Shown here one piece after another: positions 56,867-64,000 of a stretch of 64,000 nt of DNA. The notes below the pieces were generated by a model. The model saw only the letters and a list, made by a program, of their open reading frames with translations, ran no database searches and was not told where the DNA came from. This stretch comes from an uncultured Planctomycetia bacterium. Lineage in GTDB: Bacteria > Omnitrophota > Gorgyraeia > VGKH01 > JBHPFN01. The translations under genes and the position numbers were made by a program. The stretch lies in assembly GCA_964406665.1 (NCBI GenBank), contig CAYOSQ010000001.1, positions 7,412-71,411 of the forward strand, given 5' to 3'. Each line of letters begins with the position of its first letter. Position 1 is the stretch's first letter.

Positions 56867-58915
56867 TTATCTAATTTCTGCTCCGGTTTTATCTTGCAGC
56901 TCGGTACGGATTAAATCGAACACGCCAGAAACTTCTACATCACTTAACGTATGATCTTTCGCTTGAAATATCAAAGATAGGGTTAGACCTTTGGAATCTT
57001 TGGGGATATGCCCTCCAAGATAGTAATCAACTAGGCTTACGCTACGCAGCAATGTTCCTCCGGCTTCTTTCGTGATTTGTTCAAGTTGAGAAAATTTTAT
57101 TCTTTTATGAACTACTAGGCTTATATCGCGGGCAACCTCTGGATAAGAATCAATGTTTTCGAAATGCTTCCTAAGATTAACGAGCTGATAAAGCTCTGAT
57201 AAATTAATTTCTGCAAGCAATACTTCAGAGGTAGTTTTAAAATCAAAGTTCTTAAGTACCTTATCAGAAACTTTGCCAAGGACACCGATTTGTTTTCCTT
57301 CAATACTTATATTCGCGCTTTCTTGAGAAAACATGGGTATGTGCTGCGTCGCAAATGTAACATTGTATATACCCAGACGTTTAAAGAAATTTTCCAGCAC
57401 TCCCTTTAGATGAAATACGCCCTGCTCTAAATAAACTTTTTTGTTGGGTAAACAAGTATTTACATCCTCTCCTGTCAACCCTATGGTCAATACCGGCTGT
57501 TCGCTAAACTCAGCATTGTTGTTAAAATACTTGTTAGAAATTTCAAACATCTTTATATTTTTTTGGTTTCTTCTAAAATTATAAGACATGCAAGAAAGCA
57601 TGCTCGGCAATGCTGTAGGTCTTAAAACTGCCTGTTCTTTACTTAGAGGATTCAATATAAAGACCATGTCGGAAGAACTTACGTTCGCTTTTGCCAAAAA
57701 CTCTTCTGAAATTAAAGTATAGGTTACCACTTCGCGCAAGCCGGAAGAAATCATTGTTTCTTTTATTAGCGGACGCAACTGAACATCTTGCTGCGACTTA
57801 ATGCTTATTGACTTAACTAACGCACTGCTGTAAGGAATATTATCGTAACCGCTACAACGCGCCAATTCTTCGACAAGATCAACATCTGCGCTTACATCTC
57901 GACGGAAACTCGGAGGCTTTGCCTTTATTAATGATTTTGTCGTACGCACCGTAAACCCTAAGCTAGTTAACATGCGCTTTGCCTGCTGCAGAGATATTGA
58001 CATCCCTAAAAGCTGGTTGGCATATTTAATATCTAACGCCACCTCTTTTTTAAAAAGCTGTTTTTCCTGACAATCCTTGGCTGCAATAATTTTTCCTTTG
58101 GCGATATCGCATATAAATTGACTAGCCCTGAGAGAACCATAAGCCACCCCCGCAAAATCCACGAATCTCTCAAAGCGATAGCTAGATTCAGAGCTTAAGC
58201 CTAACTTTCGAGATGCCCTGCGTATTAATATTGGATCGAAGTATGCACTTTCCAATAAAATGTTTTTTGTCGATTCGGTTACTTCGGTTTCCAGCCCACC
58301 CATTACCCCGGCTATGGCTACGGGTTTCTTAGAATCAGCTATAATCAATATATCCGAATCCAGTGAGCGCTCAACACCATCAATAGTAGTAATCTTTTCA
58401 CCTGATTTTGCCTTACGGACAACGATCTTCCCACCAGATAACTTATCCAAATCAAAAGCGTGCATTGGCTGACCAGTCTCCATCAAACAAAAGTTTGTAA
58501 TATCTACAATATTATTTACTGGCCGCATCCCTATAGACTCAAGCTTATTAATCAGCCAGGCGGGAGAAGATTTCACATTAACATTCTGAATTATGGTTCC
58601 AATATAACGTTGGCAGGCTTTTTTATTTTTAACAGAAATACTTACTTTGCTTGAAGATTTTTTTAGGTTTGAAAGCGCAATTGTTTTAGGGATTCTTAAT
58701 TTCTTATTAGTTATGGCTGCTACTTCTCGAGCCAAGCCAATGATGCTTAACCAGTCCGGACGATTAGGAGTAACCTCTATTTCAAAAACCCAATCGCTGC
58801 CTTGCTTTTCTAGAGAAACAACCTCTAATCCAGCCATGGTAAACTTCTGTGCTAACTTCTCAGCAGAAAGCTTAACATCAACATAATTTTTTAACCAGCT
58901 TAAACTAAATTTCAT
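56867..58915 (-). CDS. pheT: Phenylalanine--tRNA ligase beta subunit (short form)
   Basis: TPNRPD.LS, GQPMHAFD, ESA.F, SSYRFER and DL.EE.AR motifs; C-terminal FDX-ACB domain. Confidence 0.95.
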   Translation of the reverse strand: MKFSLSWLKNYVDVKLSAEKLAQKFTMAGLEVVSLEKQGSDWVFEIEVTPNRPDWLSIIGLAREVAAITNKKLRIPKTIALSNLKKSSSKVSISVKNKKACQRYIGTIIQNVNVKSSPAWLINKLESIGMRPVNNIVDITNFCLMETGQPMHAFDLDKLSGGKIVVRKAKSGEKITTIDGVERSLDSDILIIADSKKPVAIAGVMGGLETEVTESTKNILLESAYFDPILIRRASRKLGLSSESSYRFERFVDFAGVAYGSLRASQFICDIAKGKIIAAKDCQEKQLFKKEVALDIKYANQLLGMSISLQQAKRMLTSLGFTVRTTKSLIKAKPPSFRRDVSADVDLVEELARCSGYDNIPYSSALVKSISIKSQQDVQLRPLIKETMISSGLREVVTYTLISEEFLAKANVSSSDMVFILNPLSKEQAVLRPTALPSMLSCMSYNFRRNQKNIKMFEISNKYFNNNAEFSEQPVLTIGLTGEDVNTCLPNKKVYLEQGVFHLKGVLENFFKRLGIYNVTFATQHIPMFSQESANISIEGKQIGVLGKVSDKVLKNFDFKTTSEVLLAEINLSELYQLVNLRKHFENIDSYPEVARDISLVVHKRIKFSQLEQITKEAGGTLLRSVSLVDYYLGGHIPKDSKGLTLSLIFQAKDHTLSDVEVSGVFDLIRTELQDKTGAEIR

Positions 58916-58934
58916 AACAATATTTTCTTAATGA

Positions 58935-59624
58935 TTATGGACACCAGTCCCAGCCCGCCTCACAAGGAGATCCAACGCAACCGCCGTCACCAACCCAAGT
59001 TCCGTCTCTAAGGCATGTCCACAAAGTATATATTGTTCCCAGCTTAGTGAAACATTTTGTGGGATTGCTATAAGGAGTACCTGACCAGTAACATTCTGTG
59101 GCTGGTTCAAGCGAGGCACCTTTCCAAAGTGCACCATTGAAAAATTGATACTCTTGATCAGCTGTATTATACACAAACAACCCTTCCGCAGGAGCAGCGA
59201 TAGAATCCCGCTGAGCAGTTGTCATGCGGGGAGGCAGAAACCCTGCAACCGTAGAGCTTAAATCAAGCACAACGGAAGAATCGGGTGTGGCAGTTCCAAC
59301 ACCTATTGTCCAATTGGCGTCAGACGGATATATATCATTTCCGGAAACATCCCACAATCCTTCAAAAGTTTGCCACTCATATGTACTGGTTACGGTATTA
59401 AAAGAGCAGGCCCTAACTTGATTATCTGTATTGTCATAGTACAGCTTACCTGCATCATCCACAGCAGCGCACGGCGAAGGTGTATTGTTAGGAAACAATC
59501 TCATTTCTTTATATGTGCCGAAAGGAACAGGGTAATATGTTGTCATTGTAATTTCTTCGGCATGAACAAATCCCACAAACATGCAAAGCACGATTAAACA
59601 AATTATTAATGAAAATTTTAGCAC
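58935..59624 (-). CDS. Secreted short fibre protein, TTYYP-motif family (no S74 domain)
   Basis: Signal peptide; TTYYPVPFGTYK; GVGT.TP...LD......GFLPPRMTTAQRD.I..PA.GL.VYNT; Cys-containing C-terminal tip. Confidence 0.8.
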   Translation of the reverse strand: MLKFSLIICLIVLCMFVGFVHAEEITMTTYYPVPFGTYKEMRLFPNNTPSPCAAVDDAGKLYYDNTDNQVRACSFNTVTSTYEWQTFEGLWDVSGNDIYPSDANWTIGVGTATPDSSVVLDLSSTVAGFLPPRMTTAQRDSIAAPAEGLFVYNTADQEYQFFNGALWKGASLEPATECYWSGTPYSNPTKCFTKLGTIYTLWTCLRDGTWVGDGGCVGSPCEAGWDWCP

Positions 59625-59640
59625 TATTTCACTCCCGCGA

Positions 59641-60699
59641 TTAAAACTGCTTTAAGAATCTAATATCGTTATCAAAAAATAACCTTATGTCATTAATGCC
59701 GTATTTAAGCATGGCTATTCGCTCAACACCCATGCCAAAAGCAAATCCTGTGTATTTTTTACTGGGATAACCCACAGCCTTAAATACCGCCGGATGAACC
59801 ATTCCAGCGCCTAAAATTTCTAGCCAGCCTTTCCCGCCACAAACGCTGCATTTTTTCTGTTTTGAAGTATTCTTTTTACCTTTACAAATAATACAAGAAA
59901 TGTCTGCCTCTGCCGAAGGCTCGGTAAAAGGAAAATAATGTGGTCTGAATCTCATCTTGATGTCGCGGCCAAACATCTCTTTAGCAAAATGTTCCAACAC
60001 ACCTTTTAAATCAGAGAAACGCACATTTTCATCTACTAGCAATCCTTCAACCTGATGAAACATAAAGCTATGACTTGCATCCACTGCATCCGGTCGATAA
60101 ACTCTTCCCGGAACAATTATCGCCAGCGGAGGTTTGTATTGTTTCATAATTCTTACCTGCCCCGGCGATGTGTGGCTACGCAGCAAAAGGCGCTCGTCGC
60201 TCAATCCTGATTTTTTGCAATCCAAATAAAATGTATCAAAGGCATCCCGAGAAGAATGCTCCAAGGGAATATTTAATGCGGTAAAATTATTATGTTCTGT
60301 CTCAACTTCAGGGCCTTCGAAAACCTTGAACCCAAGATTATTAAATATTTTACATATTGTATCTACAACCTCTGTAACAGGATGTCTCGAGCCCAATTCA
60401 CGAGCAACTCCAGGAAGTGTCACATCAATGTCTTGAGAAGGTGCGCTCAATAAATCATTTTTAAGTTGATTGAATCTTTCTTGAAATAGCTGAGTCAGCT
60501 CTTGTTTTAATTGATTAGCGGCCTTGCCAAAAGCAGGCCTCTCTGCTGCAGGAAGAGAAGATACCTTAGAAAGAAGATCTGCGAGTACCCCTTTTCTGCC
60601 TAAAAACCGAATGCGCACTTCTTCCAAACAAGCTATATCACTAGCTGCACCTATTTGTTCTGCAGCTTGCTCTTGAATATGTTTAATATTCCCAGACAC
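59641..60699 (-). CDS. pheS: Phenylalanine--tRNA ligase alpha subunit
   Basis: LLRSHTS, PGRVYR, FHQVEG, FPFTEPS and GFAFGMGVER motifs. Confidence 0.96.
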   Translation of the reverse strand: MSGNIKHIQEQAAEQIGAASDIACLEEVRIRFLGRKGVLADLLSKVSSLPAAERPAFGKAANQLKQELTQLFQERFNQLKNDLLSAPSQDIDVTLPGVARELGSRHPVTEVVDTICKIFNNLGFKVFEGPEVETEHNNFTALNIPLEHSSRDAFDTFYLDCKKSGLSDERLLLRSHTSPGQVRIMKQYKPPLAIIVPGRVYRPDAVDASHSFMFHQVEGLLVDENVRFSDLKGVLEHFAKEMFGRDIKMRFRPHYFPFTEPSAEADISCIICKGKKNTSKQKKCSVCGGKGWLEILGAGMVHPAVFKAVGYPSKKYTGFAFGMGVERIAMLKYGINDIRLFFDNDIRFLKQF

Positions 60700-61181
60700 A
60701 ATAATACCCCAAGTAAAATATTAGCCAATTTTTGTTTCTTTTCGCTTACCTCGTGGATTCTCTCTGAGCCTACTTCAAGAATCTCTATGCTTTCTGCGTG
60801 AATATCCAAATCCCCACCGTGTTCACTACATGCCCGATGAAAAACTCCTTCTATTCTTACTCTGTCGCCGTTGTATTTATAGCCACCTTTATACGTTATC
60901 TTATCCGATAATTCACGCGGGGCCCATATTCCTATAGCGCTATCTATATCGCTAATATTAATCCAGGTAAAATCTCCACGAATCATTATGTCGCCGACAA
61001 CCTCTCCTTCGAAAGTGATATTTTGCTCATCGTATTTTTCAGAATGCTCAATAAGGTCGATGCTTGATGTAGGTTCAACTAAAGCAGCATAGGCAACATC
61101 TAATAACAGAAAAAAAGTTATACAAAAAGCAACTGCAATAAATACAGCATTAATGATCGTTTTATATTTTAAATTTTTCAT
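60651..61181 (-). CDS. Membrane-anchored OB-fold protein in trk operon
   Basis: N- and C-terminal hydrophobic segments; I.FEGEVVG...I.D....IG.W...GD.V.I.G.F...C.EHGG.LDIH. Confidence 0.7.
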   Translation of the reverse strand: MKNLKYKTIINAVFIAVAFCITFFLLLDVAYAALVEPTSSIDLIEHSEKYDEQNITFEGEVVGDIMIRGDFTWINISDIDSAIGIWAPRELSDKITYKGGYKYNGDRVRIEGVFHRACSEHGGDLDIHAESIEILEVGSERIHEVSEKKQKLANILLGVLLCLGILNIFKSKLQNK

Positions 61182-62680
61182 CTTCCTTTAATTATTGCAA
61201 TAATAAAACCTAAAAGTGCAAACACCGACATAAATTCTAACCTACCAGCCCACATCTGTAATATATAGGTAACTTTTAATGCCGCAGGCATAGAAGCAGA
61301 TGTAATGCCGCTTGATAACCCTACATTAGCTGCTGCTGAAGTTGATTCAAAAAGAGATTCCAAAAAAGGATATCCTAGAAGCATTCCTACAATGGCACCT
61401 GCAATATACAGAAACAAATACACCGTAGTAATTAACAAAACAGTTCTAACGCGCTTATCTTCTAATATTAAATCTTTTATATGATGGAATCTTGCAACCT
61501 CAACCGCATCCTCAGGAAGCAAAATTTTCTTAACATCATAAAATAAAGTTTTAACAATAAGTCCTATGCGCAAAACCTTAATGCCTCCTGTTGTAGAACA
61601 TGTTGCTCCTCCTAGAGCCATAGCAATAATGATGCCAAAAATGGCCAGATTCCCCCACTCTCTGATAAACTGTCCAACGTACAATGTTGAATAGCCAGTG
61701 CCCGTATGTGCGGATATAAGTTGATAAAATCCTCTCCGGAACATCACCAGCGCCTGAGGATATATGTCTGAGCGAGAAAGATCTAAAACAATTAATGAAA
61801 ATATAATAACCACGGATGAAAAAAAGGTGATTATTTCAATGTTGCGAAAGATTTCTTTGCGGTTTCCCGTCCAGACAGCGTAATGAACCTTAAAGTTTAT
61901 CGCGCCAAAAACCATAATGAGAATTGTAGCAATCTCAAACGCAAAGCTGTGATAATAAACTATGTTTTGTGACTGAGGAGTAAACCCTCCAGTATCAAAA
62001 GCTGCCATAAAAATACACGCACCATGAAACAAAGCTCTAAGAGGTGGCAGTCCTTCAATAAAACCAATAACCCCCAAGGTTGTTGTACCTAACATAAAAT
62101 AAATAATACTCACCATCCAAATAAATCTAGCGGTGTGTATAACATTAGGCAGCACCCTTTCTCCCCTTGCCTCACCTACATAAATCTTAAATGCGCCGGA
62201 TATCCCCCTCACAAGAAAAGTAAGGGCAACCACAACTATACCCTGCCCACCTAAAAACATGATGAGATGTCGCCAAAAATTATGCGAGTATGATAAATGA
62301 TCCAGATCCTGGATAAGAACTAATCCTGTAGTGGCAAATCCCGACATAGAATCGAAACAAGCATCCAAAAATGATTTCCAATGGCCGCTTAAGTATAGTG
62401 GGATAGCGCCTAAAACCATCGCAACTAGCCAAGATAAAGAAACAACCACCATGCCATGCAGCCAAGATAAATCTTTTTCTGCACGGAACAGCATGGTTAA
62501 AACCAAACCCAGCGATAAACAAATTGAAAGGCCCAGGGTAAAATCTATCACCGGATTAATCTCACCGGCAATAAGACCTACAGCCATAGGAATAAGCATG
62601 CATAACCCTATGCCAATTGTTAATCTACCCAAGTAATGACCTATCAGTTGGACATCTGCAAATCGTGGTCGTAAAATCAT
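61178..62680 (-). CDS. trkH: Trk potassium uptake membrane protein
   Basis: SGFATTG, GGQGI, TGGF, STTGGIK and MWAGRLE pore-loop motifs. Confidence 0.93.
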   Translation of the reverse strand: MILRPRFADVQLIGHYLGRLTIGIGLCMLIPMAVGLIAGEINPVIDFTLGLSICLSLGLVLTMLFRAEKDLSWLHGMVVVSLSWLVAMVLGAIPLYLSGHWKSFLDACFDSMSGFATTGLVLIQDLDHLSYSHNFWRHLIMFLGGQGIVVVALTFLVRGISGAFKIYVGEARGERVLPNVIHTARFIWMVSIIYFMLGTTTLGVIGFIEGLPPLRALFHGACIFMAAFDTGGFTPQSQNIVYYHSFAFEIATILIMVFGAINFKVHYAVWTGNRKEIFRNIEIITFFSSVVIIFSLIVLDLSRSDIYPQALVMFRRGFYQLISAHTGTGYSTLYVGQFIREWGNLAIFGIIIAMALGGATCSTTGGIKVLRIGLIVKTLFYDVKKILLPEDAVEVARFHHIKDLILEDKRVRTVLLITTVYLFLYIAGAIVGMLLGYPFLESLFESTSAAANVGLSSGITSASMPAALKVTYILQMWAGRLEFMSVFALLGFIIAIIKGR

Positions 62681-62681
62681 T

Positions 62682-62795
62682 TTATCTTAATTTTAAAAAC
62701 AAAAATATTATTAAAAAAGCCGTTGCCATTATGGCAAAGGCAAAACCTACTTCTGTGCTTATACCTAAAAATAATTTTTTTATTTTTGAATTCAT
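62682..62795 (-). CDS. Small (37 aa) single-TM peptide, not in ORF track
   Basis: MNSKIKKLFLGISTEVGFAFAIMATAFLIIFLFLKLR*; fills the trkA-trkH gap with 1 nt on each side. Confidence 0.65.
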   Translation of the reverse strand: MNSKIKKLFLGISTEVGFAFAIMATAFLIIFLFLKLR

Positions 62796-62796
62796 G

Positions 62797-63462
62797 CTAT
62801 ATTTTACCGATCAAACTCACCAATAGCTGTTGTTCATTCTCTATTAAAGTCAAAGCAATGATATCATCTCCGGGCAAAAGAACAGTATCACCTTGAGGAA
62901 CAACAACCTCATCTTTTCTTATAATAGAAACCATGACTGAACTAGGAGGAAGTGTAATTTCCTGCAAGCTCTTATTTACTACGGGTGAATCTTTACTGAG
63001 GTCAACACGCACTATCGCTAATTTACCGCGTTTAAAGCTTAGCAAATTTACAAAATCTGAAAAAGAAGCTTCTTCTTCTATAATTTTAGCGATTATACTA
63101 GTTGAGTCTATGGGAACATCCACGCCTAAATCACTTAAGGCACGTGTATTGGTAGGATCGTTAACTCTGCCGACTGTCCGGCTGATTCCAAACTTATCTT
63201 TAGCTAGTTGACAAATAACTAAATTATCTTGATCGGCTCCGGTCACTGCGGCTAAAACATCTGCTCGCTCAATACCTGCTTGCTCAAGACTATCTACGTT
63301 GCAACCATCTCCGTTAATAACTAAAAGTCCTCCCAGAGATGATTTTATCTCCTCGCAGACAGCTTTTTCTTTTTCTATAATTACTACCTTATGATTATCC
63401 GCAACAAGTTTTTTACCTAAGAAAAATCCTACTTTACCACCACCAACAATTATAATATACAT
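62797..63462 (-). CDS. trkA: TrkA/KtrA RCK potassium-uptake regulatory subunit
   Basis: IVGGGKVG, GDG and D..NL motifs; TrkA-C domain. Confidence 0.92.
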   Translation of the reverse strand: MYIIIVGGGKVGFFLGKKLVADNHKVVIIEKEKAVCEEIKSSLGGLLVINGDGCNVDSLEQAGIERADVLAAVTGADQDNLVICQLAKDKFGISRTVGRVNDPTNTRALSDLGVDVPIDSTSIIAKIIEEEASFSDFVNLLSFKRGKLAIVRVDLSKDSPVVNKSLQEITLPPSSVMVSIIRKDEVVVPQGDTVLLPGDDIIALTLIENEQQLLVSLIGKI

Positions 63463-63483
63463 AAAGCCTGCTCCTTAATCACT

Positions 63484-63999
63484 CTATGAAAAAAGCTTTT
63501 TGATTTTATTAATGCTCGACATTTTAAGAACACCCAAAACTCTGTCGCCAGCTTCCACTATCATTTCTGGTTGAGGAATAACTGTATCTTTGCCTCGGAT
63601 AACGGCAACCACGATAAACTCTTCTGGGATATTAATTTGAGCAACGGAGCTACCATCTAATTTTTCATCTACCTCTATCTCCATGGTGCCCAACTTACCG
63701 CTTTCAACCAAATAGCTAGAAAGATGCTTTTCTATCAATTTATCCCTAAACATCGCTGCCAGTAATTCTGTTCCACTAATAATATCTAAGCCAAACTCTT
63801 TATAAATATTTGCTCTGCGTGGATCATACATGCGTGCAATAACACGAGGAATGTTAAATATTTTCTTAGCTATTTGAGATGCCATAATATTAGTATTGTC
63901 GTCGTGGGTAACCGCACAAAAGGCTTCGGCTTTTTCAATACCGGCGTTTCTTAATACATCTAAAGTAAAACCGTTGCCAACAACAGTTAGGCCGTTGAA
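63484..63999 (-). CDS. trkA: Second TrkA-family RCK subunit, 5'-truncated by window edge
   Basis: Frame is open to the edge (FNGLTVVGNGFTLDVLRNAGIEKAEAF.AVT.DDNTN); TrkA-C domain. Confidence 0.9.
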   Translation of the reverse strand, partial: FNGLTVVGNGFTLDVLRNAGIEKAEAFCAVTHDDNTNIMASQIAKKIFNIPRVIARMYDPRRANIYKEFGLDIISGTELLAAMFRDKLIEKHLSSYLVESGKLGTMEIEVDEKLDGSSVAQINIPEEFIVVAVIRGKDTVIPQPEMIVEAGDRVLGVLKMSSINKIKKLFS

Positions 64000-64000
64000 A

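Noticed and set aside
276-63211. Numerous short antisense or nested ORFs in the track (e.g. 4185..4574, 10380..10853, 20301..20699, 50085..50519, 53637..53963)
   Set aside because: They are shadows of longer, motif-supported genes on the opposite strand or in another frame, with no recognisable motifs.

Overview
AT-rich bacterial chromosomal window. Gene content and protein styles suggest Candidatus Omnitrophota (OP3); this is inference, not proof. The left half (2.6-33 kb) is a large surface-appendage region. It holds a minus-strand Tad/Flp pilus locus: PpiC lipoprotein, cpaB, a secretin fused to a TonB C-terminal domain, a fused cpaE-cpaF ATPase, DUF192, a transposase-derived HTH protein, 13 prepilin-like genes including two giant cysteine-rich paralogs, and tadB/tadC. 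The pilin array sits behind an atypical c-di-GMP-I riboswitch. Next come two divergent PilV-PilW-PilX-like cassettes with cysteine-rich PilX paralogs; the plus-strand cassette has an unexplained structured attenuator leader. A FIST / histidine kinase / REC-GGDEF module follows. The right half is mostly housekeeping: three tRNAs, gltX, 2-oxoacid:ferredoxin oxidoreductase subunits, dxs, ymdB, rny, 5-formyl-THF cyclo-ligase, a NifU-like scaffold, rarA, 6S RNA, pheS/pheT and trk genes. It is interrupted three times by a paralogous family of secreted fibre proteins sharing an N-terminal TTYYPxPxGxYK motif, two of them with S74 tail-fibre chaperones. Also present are a 146-bp hairpin repeat array at tRNA-Gln with an inverted 51-bp copy, and an unannotated 37-aa membrane peptide in the trk operon.
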